A DNA stretch of 64,000 bases. Origin: Eubacteriales bacterium. GTDB taxonomy: Bacteria > Bacillota > Clostridia > Oscillospirales > JAAYXM01. A program made the position numbers and the translations under genes. The stretch covers positions 16,798 to 80,797 of the forward strand of contig JAZRPG010000027.1 in NCBI GenBank assembly GCA_045649105.1, in the 5' to 3' direction. Below the pieces are notes generated by a model. The model saw nothing but the letters and a program-made list of their open reading frames with translations. It ran no database searches and had not been told where the DNA came from. Of the stretch, positions 20,149 to 31,080 are shown one piece after another (the stretch's first letter is position 1; every line of letters begins with the position of its first letter).

Positions 20149-21528
20149 ATGAAACTATGGGGCGGAAGATTTAATAAAGAGGTCGACAGCAGGGTAAATG
20201 ACTTCAATTCATCAATAGCTTTTGACGGGCGTATGTACTATGAGGATATAGAAGGAAGCATTGCCCATGCGACGATGCTTGGCCGTCAGGGGATAATACC
20301 TGCCGAAGATGCCGAGAAAATTGCAGAAGAGCTTAGAAGAATACGTGACGATATAGAAAACGGAAAGCTTGAGCTCACTGATGATAATGAGGATATTCAT
20401 ATGAATGTCGAGCGCTTTCTTACCGAAAGACTCGGCGAGACGGGCAAGAGACTTCATACAGCGAGAAGCAGAAATGACCAGGTCGCTCTCGATATCCGCA
20501 TGAATATAAAGAAAGAAATTTGTGAGGTAAAAGAGCTTGTATTGTCGCTCATGAGTGCCATTGCAAAGAAAGCCTCTGAAAACACGAAAAATGTTATGCC
20601 GGGATATACACACCTGCAAAGAGCGCAACCGATTACCGCGGCACATCACTTTATGGCATATGCCGAGATGTTCAAGCGCGATGTAACGCGCCTTGAGGAT
20701 TGCTATGAGCGCATGAATGTCTCGCCGCTCGGCTCCGGAGCTCTTGCAGGTACTACATACAATATTGACAGAGAGTTTGTTGCAAAAGCCCTTGGTTTTT
20801 CAGGCGTTACAGATAATTCGCTTGACGGTGTTTCGGACAGGGATTTTCTTATAGAGCTTTCTTCTGCGCTGTCTATTATTATGATGCACCTTTCCCGCTT
20901 TTCCGAGGAAATAATAATGTGGTGCTCTTGGGAGTTCCGTTTTATTGAGCTTGATGACGCATATTCGACAGGTTCCTCAATAATGCCACAGAAGAAAAAT
21001 CCTGATGTTGCAGAGCTTGTACGAGGCAAAACGGGCAGAGTGTACGGTTCGCTGATTACTTTGCTGACAATGATGAAGGGTATTCCTCTTGCATATAACA
21101 AAGATATGCAGGAGGATAAGGAAGCTATTTTTGACGCTATTGATACTGTGAAGCAGTGCCTTGATGTATTCCGCCCGATGTTTGAAACAATGACGGTGCT
21201 TGCAGACAATATGCGACTTGCCGCATCACGGGGCTTCATAAATGCAACTGACTGTGCAGATTATCTTGTAAAAAAAGGAATGGCATTCAGGGATGCATAC
21301 ACAGTTGTCGGAAGACTCGTAAGGGTATGCTCAGATAGCGGAAAAACGCTTGAAACAATGCCATTGGATGAGCTTAAGAAAATATCAGAAGCGTTTGATG
21401 AGGATGTATATGACGCCCTCGACATGAACACCTGCGTTGACGGCCGTTCCGTAAAAGGCGGACCTGCAACCGTTGAGGTAGAGCGACAGATAAAAAAACT
21501 TCTTGAATTTATAGCAGAGCATAAATAA
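20149..21528 (+). CDS. argH: argininosuccinate lyase
   Basis: [11 protein letters not shown] signature loop and fumarase/ASL family length. Confidence 0.95.
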   Translation: MKLWGGRFNKEVDSRVNDFNSSIAFDGRMYYEDIEGSIAHATMLGRQGIIPAEDAEKIAEELRRIRDDIENGKLELTDDNEDIHMNVERFLTERLGETGKRLHTARSRNDQVALDIRMNIKKEICEVKELVLSLMSAIAKKASENTKNVMPGYTHLQRAQPITAAHHFMAYAEMFKRDVTRLEDCYERMNVSPLGSGALAGTTYNIDREFVAKALGFSGVTDNSLDGVSDRDFLIELSSALSIIMMHLSRFSEEIIMWCSWEFRFIELDDAYSTGSSIMPQKKNPDVAELVRGKTGRVYGSLITLLTMMKGIPLAYNKDMQEDKEAIFDAIDTVKQCLDVFRPMFETMTVLADNMRLAASRGFINATDCADYLVKKGMAFRDAYTVVGRLVRVCSDSGKTLETMPLDELKKISEAFDEDVYDALDMNTCVDGRSVKGGPATVEVERQIKKLLEFIAEHK

Positions 21529-21550
21529 TAAAAGCTTGGAGGGGATTCCG

Positions 21551-21736
21551 ATGGATATAAACATCGGCGATATTCTTGAGCTAAAAAAGACACACCCGTG
21601 CGGAAATAGCAAATGGAAGGTTCTGCGCGTAGGCATGGATTTTAAGTTGAAATGCTGTGGATGTGAGCATGAGATTATGGTTGAGCGCCATAAGATTGAG
21701 AAGAGAATAAAGCGGGTTATAAAAGAGGAAGAGTGA
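21551..21736 (+). CDS. DUF951-family small protein
   Basis: MDINIGDILELKKTHPCG...KCCGCEHE pattern. Start is ATG 21551 after GGAGGGG. Confidence 0.65.
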   Translation: MDINIGDILELKKTHPCGNSKWKVLRVGMDFKLKCCGCEHEIMVERHKIEKRIKRVIKEEE

Positions 21737-21742
21737 TTTTAA

Positions 21743-22525
21743 ATGCTGTCTCAGAATAACAAGCAGAAATATCATCTGGGTTGCAGTCCGGGTGATGTTG
21801 GAAAATATTGCATTCTTCCGGGAGACCCCGGCAGGTGTGAAAAAATAGCAAAGCATTTCGATAACGCGGTGTTTGTGTCGCAAAACCGCGAGTATGTAAT
21901 ATATACAGGCACACTTTCAGGCGTTAAGGTTTCGGCGGTATCCTCGGGGATTGGAGGGCCGTCTGCCGCAATTGCAATCGAAGAGCTTGCGCAGCTCGGC
22001 GTCCACACAATAATACGAGTGGGGACATGCGGAGGGATGCAGGAGAATGTGCGAGCCGGCGATGTAGTTATTGCAAATGCATCTGTGCGATGTGACGGAA
22101 CAACGAGAGAATATGCACCGGAAGTTTTTCCTGCCGTTGCCGACTTTGAGGCAACATCTGCACTTGTTGCATGCGCGCGTGAGCTATCACTTCCGTATCA
22201 TGTAGGCGTAGTGCACAGTAAAGATGCCTTTTATGGGCAAACAATGCCTCAGGATATGCCGATGTCTGACTATCTTATGCAAAGATGGGAGACATGGAAA
22301 CGGCTCGGTACATTGGCAAGTGAAATGGAATCATCTACATTGTTTGTAGTTGGTGCAGCGCGCAGATTGCGTTGCGGTGCATGCTTTAATGTTGTATGGA
22401 ATCAGGAACGCGAAAATCTTGGTTATGAGACTGAGGAGTGCACAGATACAGAAAGCTCTGTGCGTCTTGCCGTATCTGCACTTAAGCGGCTTATACAAAG
22501 TGATTTAGAGAAGGGAGAAAATTAA
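21743..22525 (+). CDS. udp: uridine phosphorylase (PNP/UDP family)
   Basis: ILPGDPGR, SSGIGGPS and RVGTCGG motifs. Confidence 0.85.
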   Translation: MLSQNNKQKYHLGCSPGDVGKYCILPGDPGRCEKIAKHFDNAVFVSQNREYVIYTGTLSGVKVSAVSSGIGGPSAAIAIEELAQLGVHTIIRVGTCGGMQENVRAGDVVIANASVRCDGTTREYAPEVFPAVADFEATSALVACARELSLPYHVGVVHSKDAFYGQTMPQDMPMSDYLMQRWETWKRLGTLASEMESSTLFVVGAARRLRCGACFNVVWNQERENLGYETEECTDTESSVRLAVSALKRLIQSDLEKGEN

Positions 22526-23077
22526 ATGTCTGAAAACTTTTTAGAGCTTGCAAACAGAATACGAGAGCTTCGAGAGGTCTGCGGTTACACAGTCGAACAG
22601 CTTGCATCTGAGCTGGGAATAAATATTGAAACATATCTCGGATACGAAAAAAACGGAGAGGACATACCGATAAGCATAATCTATGCCATTTCCCAGAAGT
22701 TCGGTGTTGACTTTGCGGAGATTGTAACGGGAACAACGGCAAAGCTCGACACTTATCAGATTGTAAAACGCGGGCAGGGAAAAGAAATTGACAGATATGA
22801 AGGGTATAGATTTGAGGACCTTGCGTACAGATTTGGCGGAAAAATAATGCAGCCGCTTCTTGTAACGATAGACCCGTCGGAAAAAGAGCCTGAGCTTGTA
22901 TCGCATAAGGGACAGGAGTTTAATATGATACTCGAAGGCGAGGTTGCTGTTGTTTTCGGAAATAAAGAGATTATACTCAGTCCCGGAGATGCTATATACT
23001 TCAACCCCGAGCTTCCGCATGCACAGCGTTGTGTTGGAAATACAAAGGCTCGGTTTTTAACGGTGATTTCCGAATAG
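22526..23077 (+). CDS. XRE-family regulator with C-terminal cupin domain
   Basis: N-terminal HTH (IRELREVCGYTVEQLASELGI) and a C-terminal cupin (HKGQEFNMILEG...PHA). Confidence 0.85.
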   Translation: MSENFLELANRIRELREVCGYTVEQLASELGINIETYLGYEKNGEDIPISIIYAISQKFGVDFAEIVTGTTAKLDTYQIVKRGQGKEIDRYEGYRFEDLAYRFGGKIMQPLLVTIDPSEKEPELVSHKGQEFNMILEGEVAVVFGNKEIILSPGDAIYFNPELPHAQRCVGNTKARFLTVISE

Positions 23078-23089
23078 AAGGGAAGATAG

Positions 23090-24754
23090 ATGTTGTTATT
23101 AAAACGTTTTTTACCACGAATTGAGTTTGATTCGTATGAAGATTTTAAAGAAAATTACAAGGTAAATGTGCCTGAAAATTTTAATTTCGGATTTGATGTT
23201 GTTGATGCCTGGGCGGATGCGGAGCCTGAAAAACGTGCACTTCTGTGGTGCAATGACGCAGACGAAGAGCGTGTGTTTTCTTTTTCGGATATTAAAAAAT
23301 TATCTAATAAGGCGGCAAATCTTTTTAAAAAGTGTGGGGTAAAGAAGGGAAGCGTTGTTCTGCTTATCCTTCGCAGACGGTGGGAATACTGGGTTTGTGC
23401 AACGGCGTTGCATAAAATAGGAGCAATTTTAATCCCCGGTTCGCTTCAGCTCACTAAAAAAGACATTGTTTACAGAGCTAATTCTGCAAATATAAGCGCC
23501 ATTGTTTGCGTTGATGACAATTTTGTAATAGGTCAGGCAGAGCAGGCGTTTCCGGAGGCAGAGAGCATAAAGACAAAAATAGTAGTTGCCGGAAAGCGTG
23601 ACGGCTGGATAGATTTTGAAAAGGGGCTTGAAGAGGAGTCTGATGTGTTTTTGCGTCCGACGGGTGACGAGGCAAACCGTACCGAGGACACCATGCTTAT
23701 ATATTTTACATCAGGCACAACAGGTATGCCCAAAATGGTTCGCCATAATTTTTCATATCCGCTCGGACATATAGTAACTGCAAAGTATTGGCAGCAGGTA
23801 GAGGAAAATAAGCTTCATATGAGTATTTCTGACTCCGGCTGGGCGAAGTTTGGCTGGGGAAAGATATACGGGCAATGGATATGCGGTGCAACAATATTTG
23901 CTTATGATATGGACAAGTTCATCCCCAAAAAGCTGCTTGAAAAAATATCAAAATATCGCCTCACAACACTTTGTGCACCTCCCACAATGTTCAGATTCAT
24001 GCTTCAGGAAGATGTAAAGCAGTATGACTTGTCATCGATAAAACACTGTTGTATCGCCGGTGAGCCTCTTAATCCGGAGGTGTTTAAAAGATGGTATGAT
24101 GTAACAGGCCTGAAGCTTTATGAGGGGTTCGGGCAGAGTGAATCCTCGGTTTTGATTGCCAATTTCCAGTGGTTTGAACCTATTCCGGGCTCTACGGGAA
24201 AACCCTCGCCATTGTATAATATCGAGCTTCTTAATTCAAACGGTGAGACTTGTGAAAGCGGCGAAGAGGGAACAATAACTATTACAAATCTCGATAAAAG
24301 CTATCCTGTCGGTCTTTTCCGCGGTTATTATAATGGTGAAGGAAATAAAGACACAGGAATTGAAGCCGGTGCATACGATACGGGAGATATTGCCTGGTGC
24401 GATAGCAATGGGTATTATTGGTTTGTGGGAAGAAATGATGATGTTATTAAGTGCTCCGGATACAGGATTGGTCCGTTTGAGGTTGAAAGTGCGCTTCTGG
24501 AGCATAAGGCTGTTGTAGAATGTGCAATAACGGCGGTACCCGACCCGATACGCGGACAGGTTGTTAAGGCAACGGTTGTGCTTGCTGCGGGATACGAAGG
24601 CTCTGATGAGCTCGTTTCCGAACTTCAGAATCATGTAAAGAGAGTTACAGCTCCATACAAATATCCAAGAATTATCGAATTTGTAGATGAGCTTCCGAAG
24701 ACACTTGGAGGTAAAATCAAGAGGGCTGAAATACGCAATAAGGACAGTAAATAA
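23090..24754 (+). CDS. AMP-forming acyl-CoA synthetase (medium-chain/ACSM-like)
   Basis: YFTSGTTGMPKMV AMP-binding motif, YDTGD and GKIKR C-terminal motif. Confidence 0.88.
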   Translation: MLLLKRFLPRIEFDSYEDFKENYKVNVPENFNFGFDVVDAWADAEPEKRALLWCNDADEERVFSFSDIKKLSNKAANLFKKCGVKKGSVVLLILRRRWEYWVCATALHKIGAILIPGSLQLTKKDIVYRANSANISAIVCVDDNFVIGQAEQAFPEAESIKTKIVVAGKRDGWIDFEKGLEEESDVFLRPTGDEANRTEDTMLIYFTSGTTGMPKMVRHNFSYPLGHIVTAKYWQQVEENKLHMSISDSGWAKFGWGKIYGQWICGATIFAYDMDKFIPKKLLEKISKYRLTTLCAPPTMFRFMLQEDVKQYDLSSIKHCCIAGEPLNPEVFKRWYDVTGLKLYEGFGQSESSVLIANFQWFEPIPGSTGKPSPLYNIELLNSNGETCESGEEGTITITNLDKSYPVGLFRGYYNGEGNKDTGIEAGAYDTGDIAWCDSNGYYWFVGRNDDVIKCSGYRIGPFEVESALLEHKAVVECAITAVPDPIRGQVVKATVVLAAGYEGSDELVSELQNHVKRVTAPYKYPRIIEFVDELPKTLGGKIKRAEIRNKDSK

Positions 24755-24800
24755 GTTGCTGTTTATAAAGCGTTATTTAGGCTGCCTGAAAGGAATCTGA

Positions 24801-25685
24801 ATGAAGAAGGAAACTGTACTCGGAAAACTTGCGCTGTTTGCGGCCGCACTTATATGGGGAACTTCTTTTGTGGCAGTAAAAGACGCTGTGAATGTAATAT
24901 CTCCGAATTATCTTATGGCAATTCGGTTTACTTCTGCTTGTGTTTTGCTTGCAGGTATCTTTTGGAAAAGACTTTTAAAAATTACTTTTAAAATGCTTTT
25001 TGAAAGCGCGATAATAGGTCTTTTTCTCTTCCTTGCATATTGTATACAGACACTTGGTATTGTACATACAACGCCCGGAAAGAATGCCTTTTTGACTGCG
25101 GTATATTGCATAATTGTCCCGTTTTTGTTCTGGCTCGTAAAGGGGACAAGGCCAAATTGCTGGAATGTAGCAGCCGCAATTTTGTGCATTTCAGGTATCG
25201 GGCTTGTGTCGCTGCGGTACAACTTATCAATATGTATCGGTGATGTGCTGACTCTTGCGGGAGGTTTTTTCTTCGCGGCTCACATGGTTTCAATATCAGT
25301 ATTTCTGAAAGATAACGACCCTGTTGTGATGACAATTTTGCAGTTTGCAACAACTGCTGTTCTGTTCTGGATAGCTACTTTTATATTTGACGGAGTTCCG
25401 GCGCCGATACCCGTTGATGCAGTTTTCGGCATCGTTTATTTGTGTGTTGCATGTACGGCGGCAGCGCTTTTGTTTCAGAATTTCGGGCAGAGACATACGA
25501 GACCGGCATCTGCTGCACTTATTTTAAGTCTTGAGTCCTTTTTTGGTGTTATGTTTTCGATACTTCTGGGCAGAGAGGTGCTTGAGTTTAAAGTTATCTG
25601 CGGCTTTGTAATGATTTTTTTGGCGATAATTATTTCGGAAACAAAGCTGTCGTTTTTGAGAAGAAGGGAAGATATTATACAGTGA
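24801..25685 (+). CDS. DMT-superfamily (EamA) transporter
   Basis: 294 aa with 10 TM helices and duplicated EamA-like halves. Confidence 0.8.
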   Translation: MKKETVLGKLALFAAALIWGTSFVAVKDAVNVISPNYLMAIRFTSACVLLAGIFWKRLLKITFKMLFESAIIGLFLFLAYCIQTLGIVHTTPGKNAFLTAVYCIIVPFLFWLVKGTRPNCWNVAAAILCISGIGLVSLRYNLSICIGDVLTLAGGFFFAAHMVSISVFLKDNDPVVMTILQFATTAVLFWIATFIFDGVPAPIPVDAVFGIVYLCVACTAAALLFQNFGQRHTRPASAALILSLESFFGVMFSILLGREVLEFKVICGFVMIFLAIIISETKLSFLRRREDIIQ

Positions 25686-26230
25686 GTTTAGTAACTGTTT
25701 TTGACCGGGCTGTATCTGATTTTATTCACTCTAATATATCTTCACCTTTCATCGATTCTGTTATGGTATTTATAACAAAACTCGGAGACGGTGGTTTTGT
25801 CTGGCTTCTGGCAATTGCTGTTATGCTTTTTACAAAGAAATACAGAAAAACCGGTCTTATTGCGCTAATATCTCTTGCAATATGTTTTTTTGGGGGGAAT
25901 TACCTTATAAAACCCCTTATAGGGCGAGTACGGCCATGCAATGTTGATATGGACCTTGTAATGCTGGTGCCGAGACTGATTGATTTTTCTTTTCCGTCTA
26001 TGCACACTGCGACTGCCTTTTCTTGTGCCGTGGTGTTTCTGAAAGGCAATAAGTCAATAGGTATTGTATCTGTATTGCTCGCGACCTTTGTGGGGATTTC
26101 GCGTATATATTTGCATCTGCACTATGCGTCAGATGTGCTGTTTGGCATTTTCTTCGGCACAATGATAGCGATACTGACCTTAAAGGTTTCATATTCTATT
26201 ATGCAAAGGATGCCCGGGAAAAATCAATAG
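25682..26230 (+). CDS. PAP2-family phosphatase
   Basis: KxxxxxxRP (KPLIGRVRP), PSMH and SRxxxxxHxxxD (SRIYLHLHYASD) motifs. GTGA overlap with the upstream gene. Confidence 0.85.
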   Translation: MSLVTVFDRAVSDFIHSNISSPFIDSVMVFITKLGDGGFVWLLAIAVMLFTKKYRKTGLIALISLAICFFGGNYLIKPLIGRVRPCNVDMDLVMLVPRLIDFSFPSMHTATAFSCAVVFLKGNKSIGIVSVLLATFVGISRIYLHLHYASDVLFGIFFGTMIAILTLKVSYSIMQRMPGKNQ

Positions 26231-26336
26231 GTTTAAAAGCAAAGCGTTTATTTAATATGTGTTTGTATAACTATTGAATTTATTTCAAAAAGGTTATATA
26301 ATATATAAAATGCAAAAAAATTAAGGAGAGTGTCCA

Positions 26337-27578
26337 ATGATCGTAGAAAACATGGAGTTTCTTAAAAACTACGACCCCGAGCTTGGGAATGCTATTGAAT
26401 CTGAGTATAAGAGACAGCGCGGAAATATTGAGCTTATTGCTTCTGAAAACTTTGTAAGCCCTGCTGTCCTTGCGGCTGTAGGTACAGTTCTTACAAATAA
26501 GTACGCCGAGGGTCTTCCCGGGAAGCGCTACTACGGCGGATGTGAGTGTGTTGATGTTGTAGAAAGACTTGCAATTGAACGTGTGAAGGAGCTTTTCGGT
26601 GCTGAGCACGCAAATGTACAGCCTCACAGTGGCGCTTCGGCTAATATGGCGGTATATTTTGCGCTCGTAAAGCCCGGTGATACGGTAATGGGTATGAATC
26701 TCAGCGAGGGCGGACATCTTACACACGGAAGCCCTGTTAATATATCCGGTTCGTATTACAACATAGTGTCATACGGAGTGGACCCTGAAACACATCTTAT
26801 AGATTATGATAAGGTTGAGGCACTTGCAAATGAGTGCAAGCCGAAGATGATAATTGCCGGCGCATCTGCATATCCGAGAGTCATTGATTTTGAGCGATTT
26901 GCAAATATTGCAAAATCTGTAGGTGCATATTTTGTTGTAGATATGGCGCACATAGCAGGTCTTGTTGCGGCAGGTCTTCATCCGAGTCCTGTGCCGTATG
27001 CTGATGTTGTGACGACTACAACACATAAGACGCTTCGCGGTCCTCGCGGCGGTATAATTCTTTGCAAAGAGGAGCTTGCAAAAAAGATTGACAAAGCGGT
27101 ATTCCCGGGTACTATGGGCGGACCGCTTATGCATGTCATTGCAGGAAAGGCGGTTTGCTTCGGCGAGGCGCTGAAGCCTGAATTCGTTACATATCAGAAG
27201 CAAGTGCTCAGCAATGCTTCCGTTCTTGCAAACTCTCTCATGCAGTGTGGTTTTGACCTTGTATCCGGCGGTACGGATAATCACCTTATGCTTGTTGATT
27301 TAAGAAAGTTTTCACTCACGGGCAAGGAGCTTGAGCATAGACTCGATGAGGTTGGAATTACACTTAATAAGAATACAATTCCGAATGACCCTGAGAGTCC
27401 GTTCGTTACAAGTGGCGTCAGAATCGGTACTCCTGCTGTTACGAGCCGTGGTCTTGGTGAGACTGATATGGCAGAAATTGCAAGACTTATACACCTTACA
27501 GCAACGGCGTTTGATACGAAGAAGGATTATATTTGCAGTTGCGTAAAGGCACTTTGCGATAAGTACCCGCTCTATTAA
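26337..27578 (+). CDS. glyA: serine hydroxymethyltransferase
   Basis: [17 protein letters not shown]-lysine motif. Confidence 0.97.
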   Translation: MIVENMEFLKNYDPELGNAIESEYKRQRGNIELIASENFVSPAVLAAVGTVLTNKYAEGLPGKRYYGGCECVDVVERLAIERVKELFGAEHANVQPHSGASANMAVYFALVKPGDTVMGMNLSEGGHLTHGSPVNISGSYYNIVSYGVDPETHLIDYDKVEALANECKPKMIIAGASAYPRVIDFERFANIAKSVGAYFVVDMAHIAGLVAAGLHPSPVPYADVVTTTTHKTLRGPRGGIILCKEELAKKIDKAVFPGTMGGPLMHVIAGKAVCFGEALKPEFVTYQKQVLSNASVLANSLMQCGFDLVSGGTDNHLMLVDLRKFSLTGKELEHRLDEVGITLNKNTIPNDPESPFVTSGVRIGTPAVTSRGLGETDMAEIARLIHLTATAFDTKKDYICSCVKALCDKYPLY

Positions 27579-27594
27579 AAACAGGAGGCGCTGT

Positions 27595-28845
27595 ATGTAT
27601 AGACCGCTTGCAGACAGAATTCGCCCCGAGACTATTGATGATGTTTTTGGGCAAAGGCATATACTGGGCGAGAATGGAATACTGCGCCGAATAATTCTTA
27701 CCGGCCAAATACCGAACATGCTGTTTTTTGGCCCCAGCGGCGTTGGGAAAACGACTGTTGCAGGGATAATTGCAAAACATACATCGCGTGAATTTTATAA
27801 GCTCAATGCTACGACGGCATCAATCAGCGATATTAAGGACATTGTTGCAAGGCTTGATACACTGATGACTCCTAACGGGATTCTGCTGTATATTGATGAG
27901 ATTCAGTATTTCAACAAGAAGCAGCAGCAATCTTTGCTTGAGTTTATGGAGAACGGTAAGCTGACGATAATTGCTTCCACCACGGAAAATCCGTATTTTT
28001 ATGTGTATAATGCGATTTTGTCACGTTCTACCGTGTTTGAATTCAAGCCGATTGAGCCTGGAGATGTAAAACTTGCGGTTTTGCGTGCTATTGATAAAAT
28101 AGACAGAAATGTCGATATTGAGGATGGCGTTTGTTCGCACATTGCGAGTGCCTGTGGCGGAGATATCAGAAAAGCCCTTAATGCTGTTGAAATACTGTTT
28201 GACAGTGCAAAGATAGTCGATGGCAAGGCGCGCATTTCGCTTGAAGACACAAAAGCCGTAACACAGCGAAGTGTAATGCGTGCAGACAGAGACGGCGATT
28301 TTCATTTTGATGCTATGTCTGCGCTTCAGAAGTCAATACGCGGCTCAGACCCTGACGCTGCAGTATATTATCTTGCTCGGCTTCTCGAGGGAGGAGGCAT
28401 GCTGTCGGCGTGTAGGCGTATACTTGTCACAGCATGTGAGGATATAGGGCTTGCGTATCCGCAGGCAATATCTATAGTGAAAGCCTGTGTTGACAGCGCT
28501 CTGCAGCTTGGTATGCCCGAGGCCAGAATACCGCTTGCTGAAGCTGTGATACTTCTTGCTACTGCGCCAAAATCAAATTCTGCGATATGCGCTATTGATG
28601 CGGCAATGTCTGATATCAAAAACGGTGTCGACGGTGACGTTCCTGCACATCTGCGAGATGCGCATTACTCAGGAGCTGAAAAATTAGGGCGCGGATTGAC
28701 ATATAAATATCCTCACTCTTTTGAAAACAACTGGGTAAAACAGCAGTATTTGCCAAATGAACTTAAAAATAAGAGGTATTATATTCCGGGTAAGAATAAG
28801 CTGGAATCAGCTACCGAAAAATATTGGGAAGAAATAAAGAAATAA
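27595..28845 (+). CDS. rarA: replication-associated recombination protein A (AAA+ ATPase)
   Basis: GPSGVGKTT Walker A, LYIDEIQYFNK Walker B and a MgsA C-terminal domain. Confidence 0.92.
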   Translation: MYRPLADRIRPETIDDVFGQRHILGENGILRRIILTGQIPNMLFFGPSGVGKTTVAGIIAKHTSREFYKLNATTASISDIKDIVARLDTLMTPNGILLYIDEIQYFNKKQQQSLLEFMENGKLTIIASTTENPYFYVYNAILSRSTVFEFKPIEPGDVKLAVLRAIDKIDRNVDIEDGVCSHIASACGGDIRKALNAVEILFDSAKIVDGKARISLEDTKAVTQRSVMRADRDGDFHFDAMSALQKSIRGSDPDAAVYYLARLLEGGGMLSACRRILVTACEDIGLAYPQAISIVKACVDSALQLGMPEARIPLAEAVILLATAPKSNSAICAIDAAMSDIKNGVDGDVPAHLRDAHYSGAEKLGRGLTYKYPHSFENNWVKQQYLPNELKNKRYYIPGKNKLESATEKYWEEIKK

Positions 28846-28896
28846 TAAACAAGAGACCTTCGGAGTATCTGTACAGAAACTTCGAAGGTTTCTTGA

Positions 28897-29016
28897 TGTT
28901 AGAAACTAACAAAAATACAAAATTAAGGATTGCAAAAAAGATTTTGTTGTTATATAATAATACCGTATAGGTGTAATTTTGTGAATGATTAACTTTTGAT
29001 TTGTTAGAAACTAACA
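28897..29016 (+). promoter_or_regulatory. promoter flanked by two identical 15-bp palindromic operators
   Basis: TGTTAGAAACTAACA occurs at 28897-28911 and 29002-29016, 105 bp centre to centre. Between them lie TTGCAA (28930-35), 17 nt, TATAAT (28953-58). Confidence 0.65.
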
Positions 29017-29031
29017 TATGAGGATGCGGAT

Positions 29032-29787
29032 ATGAACTCAAGACAACGTATTATAAAAGAGTTTATTGAGGAAAGAAGAGAGGTTTCTCTTGCATCTCTT
29101 CGTAAACTTGTTCCCGATGTTTCGGAAATGACAATCAGGCGTGACCTTGAGGCACTTGAGCTTGCAGGCTCTATCGTGCGTGTCCATGGTGGGGCAAGGT
29201 CGGTAAAAGCCATCAACATGCTGGTTGAAGATGTGTTCTCAAAGCGTCTCGGGAAAAATGTTGAGAAAAAACATAAGATCTGCAAAAAAGCCATGCAGTA
29301 CATAGAAAACAATAAGTCTATCTACATTGATGCGGGCAGTACGACTATGATGCTTGCAGAGAATATGCCTGATAAAAAGCTTTTAATATCAACATGCGGA
29401 CTTAATGTGGCTGCTGAGCTTTTGAAGCTTGAGAATTGCAGAGTAAATCTTCTCGGAGGAGAAGTGAATAAAGGCAGTATTTCAACTTCCGGGCCGAGTG
29501 CTCGTGCTGCAATTGAAAATTTAAATATTGATGTTGCTTTTATTGCATCAACTGCTTTTTCGGAAAAACAGGGTTTTTCCTGCGGTAATGTTCACGATTG
29601 TGAGCTTAAAAGGGAAGTGCTTCGCCGTGCGGCACTGCGTATCGTTCTCATGGACAGCAGTAAAATAGGAAGAACGATGCCGTATACATTTGCGCGGCCG
29701 AATGATATAGATATCCTCATCTGTGATGATGATGCGCCGGAAGGGCTTCGCGAATTTTTTGAGGACTGCGGAGCTCAGGTACTGTAA
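29032..29787 (+). CDS. DeoR-family transcriptional regulator
   Basis: N-terminal wHTH (RQRIIKEFIEERREVSLASLRKLVPDVSEMTIRRDLEALE) and a DeoR C-terminal sensor domain. Confidence 0.9.
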   Translation: MNSRQRIIKEFIEERREVSLASLRKLVPDVSEMTIRRDLEALELAGSIVRVHGGARSVKAINMLVEDVFSKRLGKNVEKKHKICKKAMQYIENNKSIYIDAGSTTMMLAENMPDKKLLISTCGLNVAAELLKLENCRVNLLGGEVNKGSISTSGPSARAAIENLNIDVAFIASTAFSEKQGFSCGNVHDCELKREVLRRAALRIVLMDSSKIGRTMPYTFARPNDIDILICDDDAPEGLREFFEDCGAQVL

Positions 29788-29807
29788 AATCAGAAAGGAG
29801 AAATAAC

Positions 29808-31061
29808 GTGAAAACAAAAGCATTGAGACTTTACGGAAAGCAGGATTTAAGGCTTGAGGAATTCGAGCTTCCTGAAATTGGAAAGGATGAGATACTTGCT
29901 GAAATAGTTACTGACAGCGTTTGTATGTCAAGCTATAAGGCAGCTCTTCAGGGAGGAGACCATAAGCGCGTTCCTGATAATGTATCTGAGAACCCGATAA
30001 TCATTGGCCACGAATTCTGCGGTATTATCCGCGAAGTTGGTGCAAACTGGAAAAACAAGTTCAAGGAAGGACAAAAGTTTTCTATCCAGCCTGCTATAAA
30101 CTGGAAAGGAAGTCTTGGCGCTCCGGGATACTCTTATCCGCATTGCGGCGGTTGCGCTACATACGCAATCATTCCTGCTGAGGTTATGCTTTCCGATGCT
30201 CTTCTCGACTATAACGGAGAGGCATACTTCTACGGTTCTCTTGCTGAGCCGATGTCCTGCATAGTCGGAGGATATCACGCATTTTTCCACACAAAGGCAG
30301 GCTCATATGCGCATGAGATGGACATCCGTGAGGGTGGAAACGTAATTATAATGGCAGGTGCAGGCCCGATGGGCCTCGGTGCTGTTGACTATGCTGTCCA
30401 CGCTGACAGAAAGCCGGCACTCGTTGTTTGCACAGATATTGATGACGCTCGTCTTGAACGTGCAAAGGCTCTCCTCACACCTGAGGATGCAGCAAAGAAC
30501 GGAGTTAAGCTTGTATATGTAAACACGAATAACTGCGAAGATGCAAAGCAGTATCTTATGGATCTCACAGACGGCCACGGTTATGACGATGTTATGATTA
30601 TGGCTCCGGTTAAGCCTGTTTGCGAGCTTGCAGATGCTGTGCTTGCATACGATGGCTGCGCAAACTTTTTTGCAGGCCCGACTAATCACGAGTTTTCAGC
30701 AATGGTTAACTTCTATAATATTCACTATAACGCAACTCATTATATCGGTACATCCGGTGGCAATACAGACGATATGAGAGAGTCCCTTGCTCTTATGGAA
30801 GCAGGAAGAATAAATCCGGCTGTTATGATTACTCACGTTGGCGGTATCGACAGTGCAAAGGATACAACTCTCAACCTTCCGAACATCAAGGGCGGAAAGA
30901 AACTTATTTATACACATATCAATATGCCGATGACAGCTATTGACGATTTTGCAGAGCTCGGAAAGGAAGATCCGTTCTTTGCAAAGCTTGCTGAGATTAC
31001 AGCACGCAACAACGGTCTCTGGTGTGCAGAGGCAGAAAAGTTTTTACTTGAAAACAGATAA
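29808..31061 (+). CDS. zinc-type (MDR) polyol/alcohol dehydrogenase, long form (417 aa)
   Basis: GHEFCG zinc motif, Cys at DSVCMSS and a GAGPMGLGAVDYA Rossmann motif. GTG start after AAAGGAG. Confidence 0.8.
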   Translation: MKTKALRLYGKQDLRLEEFELPEIGKDEILAEIVTDSVCMSSYKAALQGGDHKRVPDNVSENPIIIGHEFCGIIREVGANWKNKFKEGQKFSIQPAINWKGSLGAPGYSYPHCGGCATYAIIPAEVMLSDALLDYNGEAYFYGSLAEPMSCIVGGYHAFFHTKAGSYAHEMDIREGGNVIIMAGAGPMGLGAVDYAVHADRKPALVVCTDIDDARLERAKALLTPEDAAKNGVKLVYVNTNNCEDAKQYLMDLTDGHGYDDVMIMAPVKPVCELADAVLAYDGCANFFAGPTNHEFSAMVNFYNIHYNATHYIGTSGGNTDDMRESLALMEAGRINPAVMITHVGGIDSAKDTTLNLPNIKGGKKLIYTHINMPMTAIDDFAELGKEDPFFAKLAEITARNNGLWCAEAEKFLLENR

Positions 31062-31080
31062 TGAAAGGGGAAAATGAATT

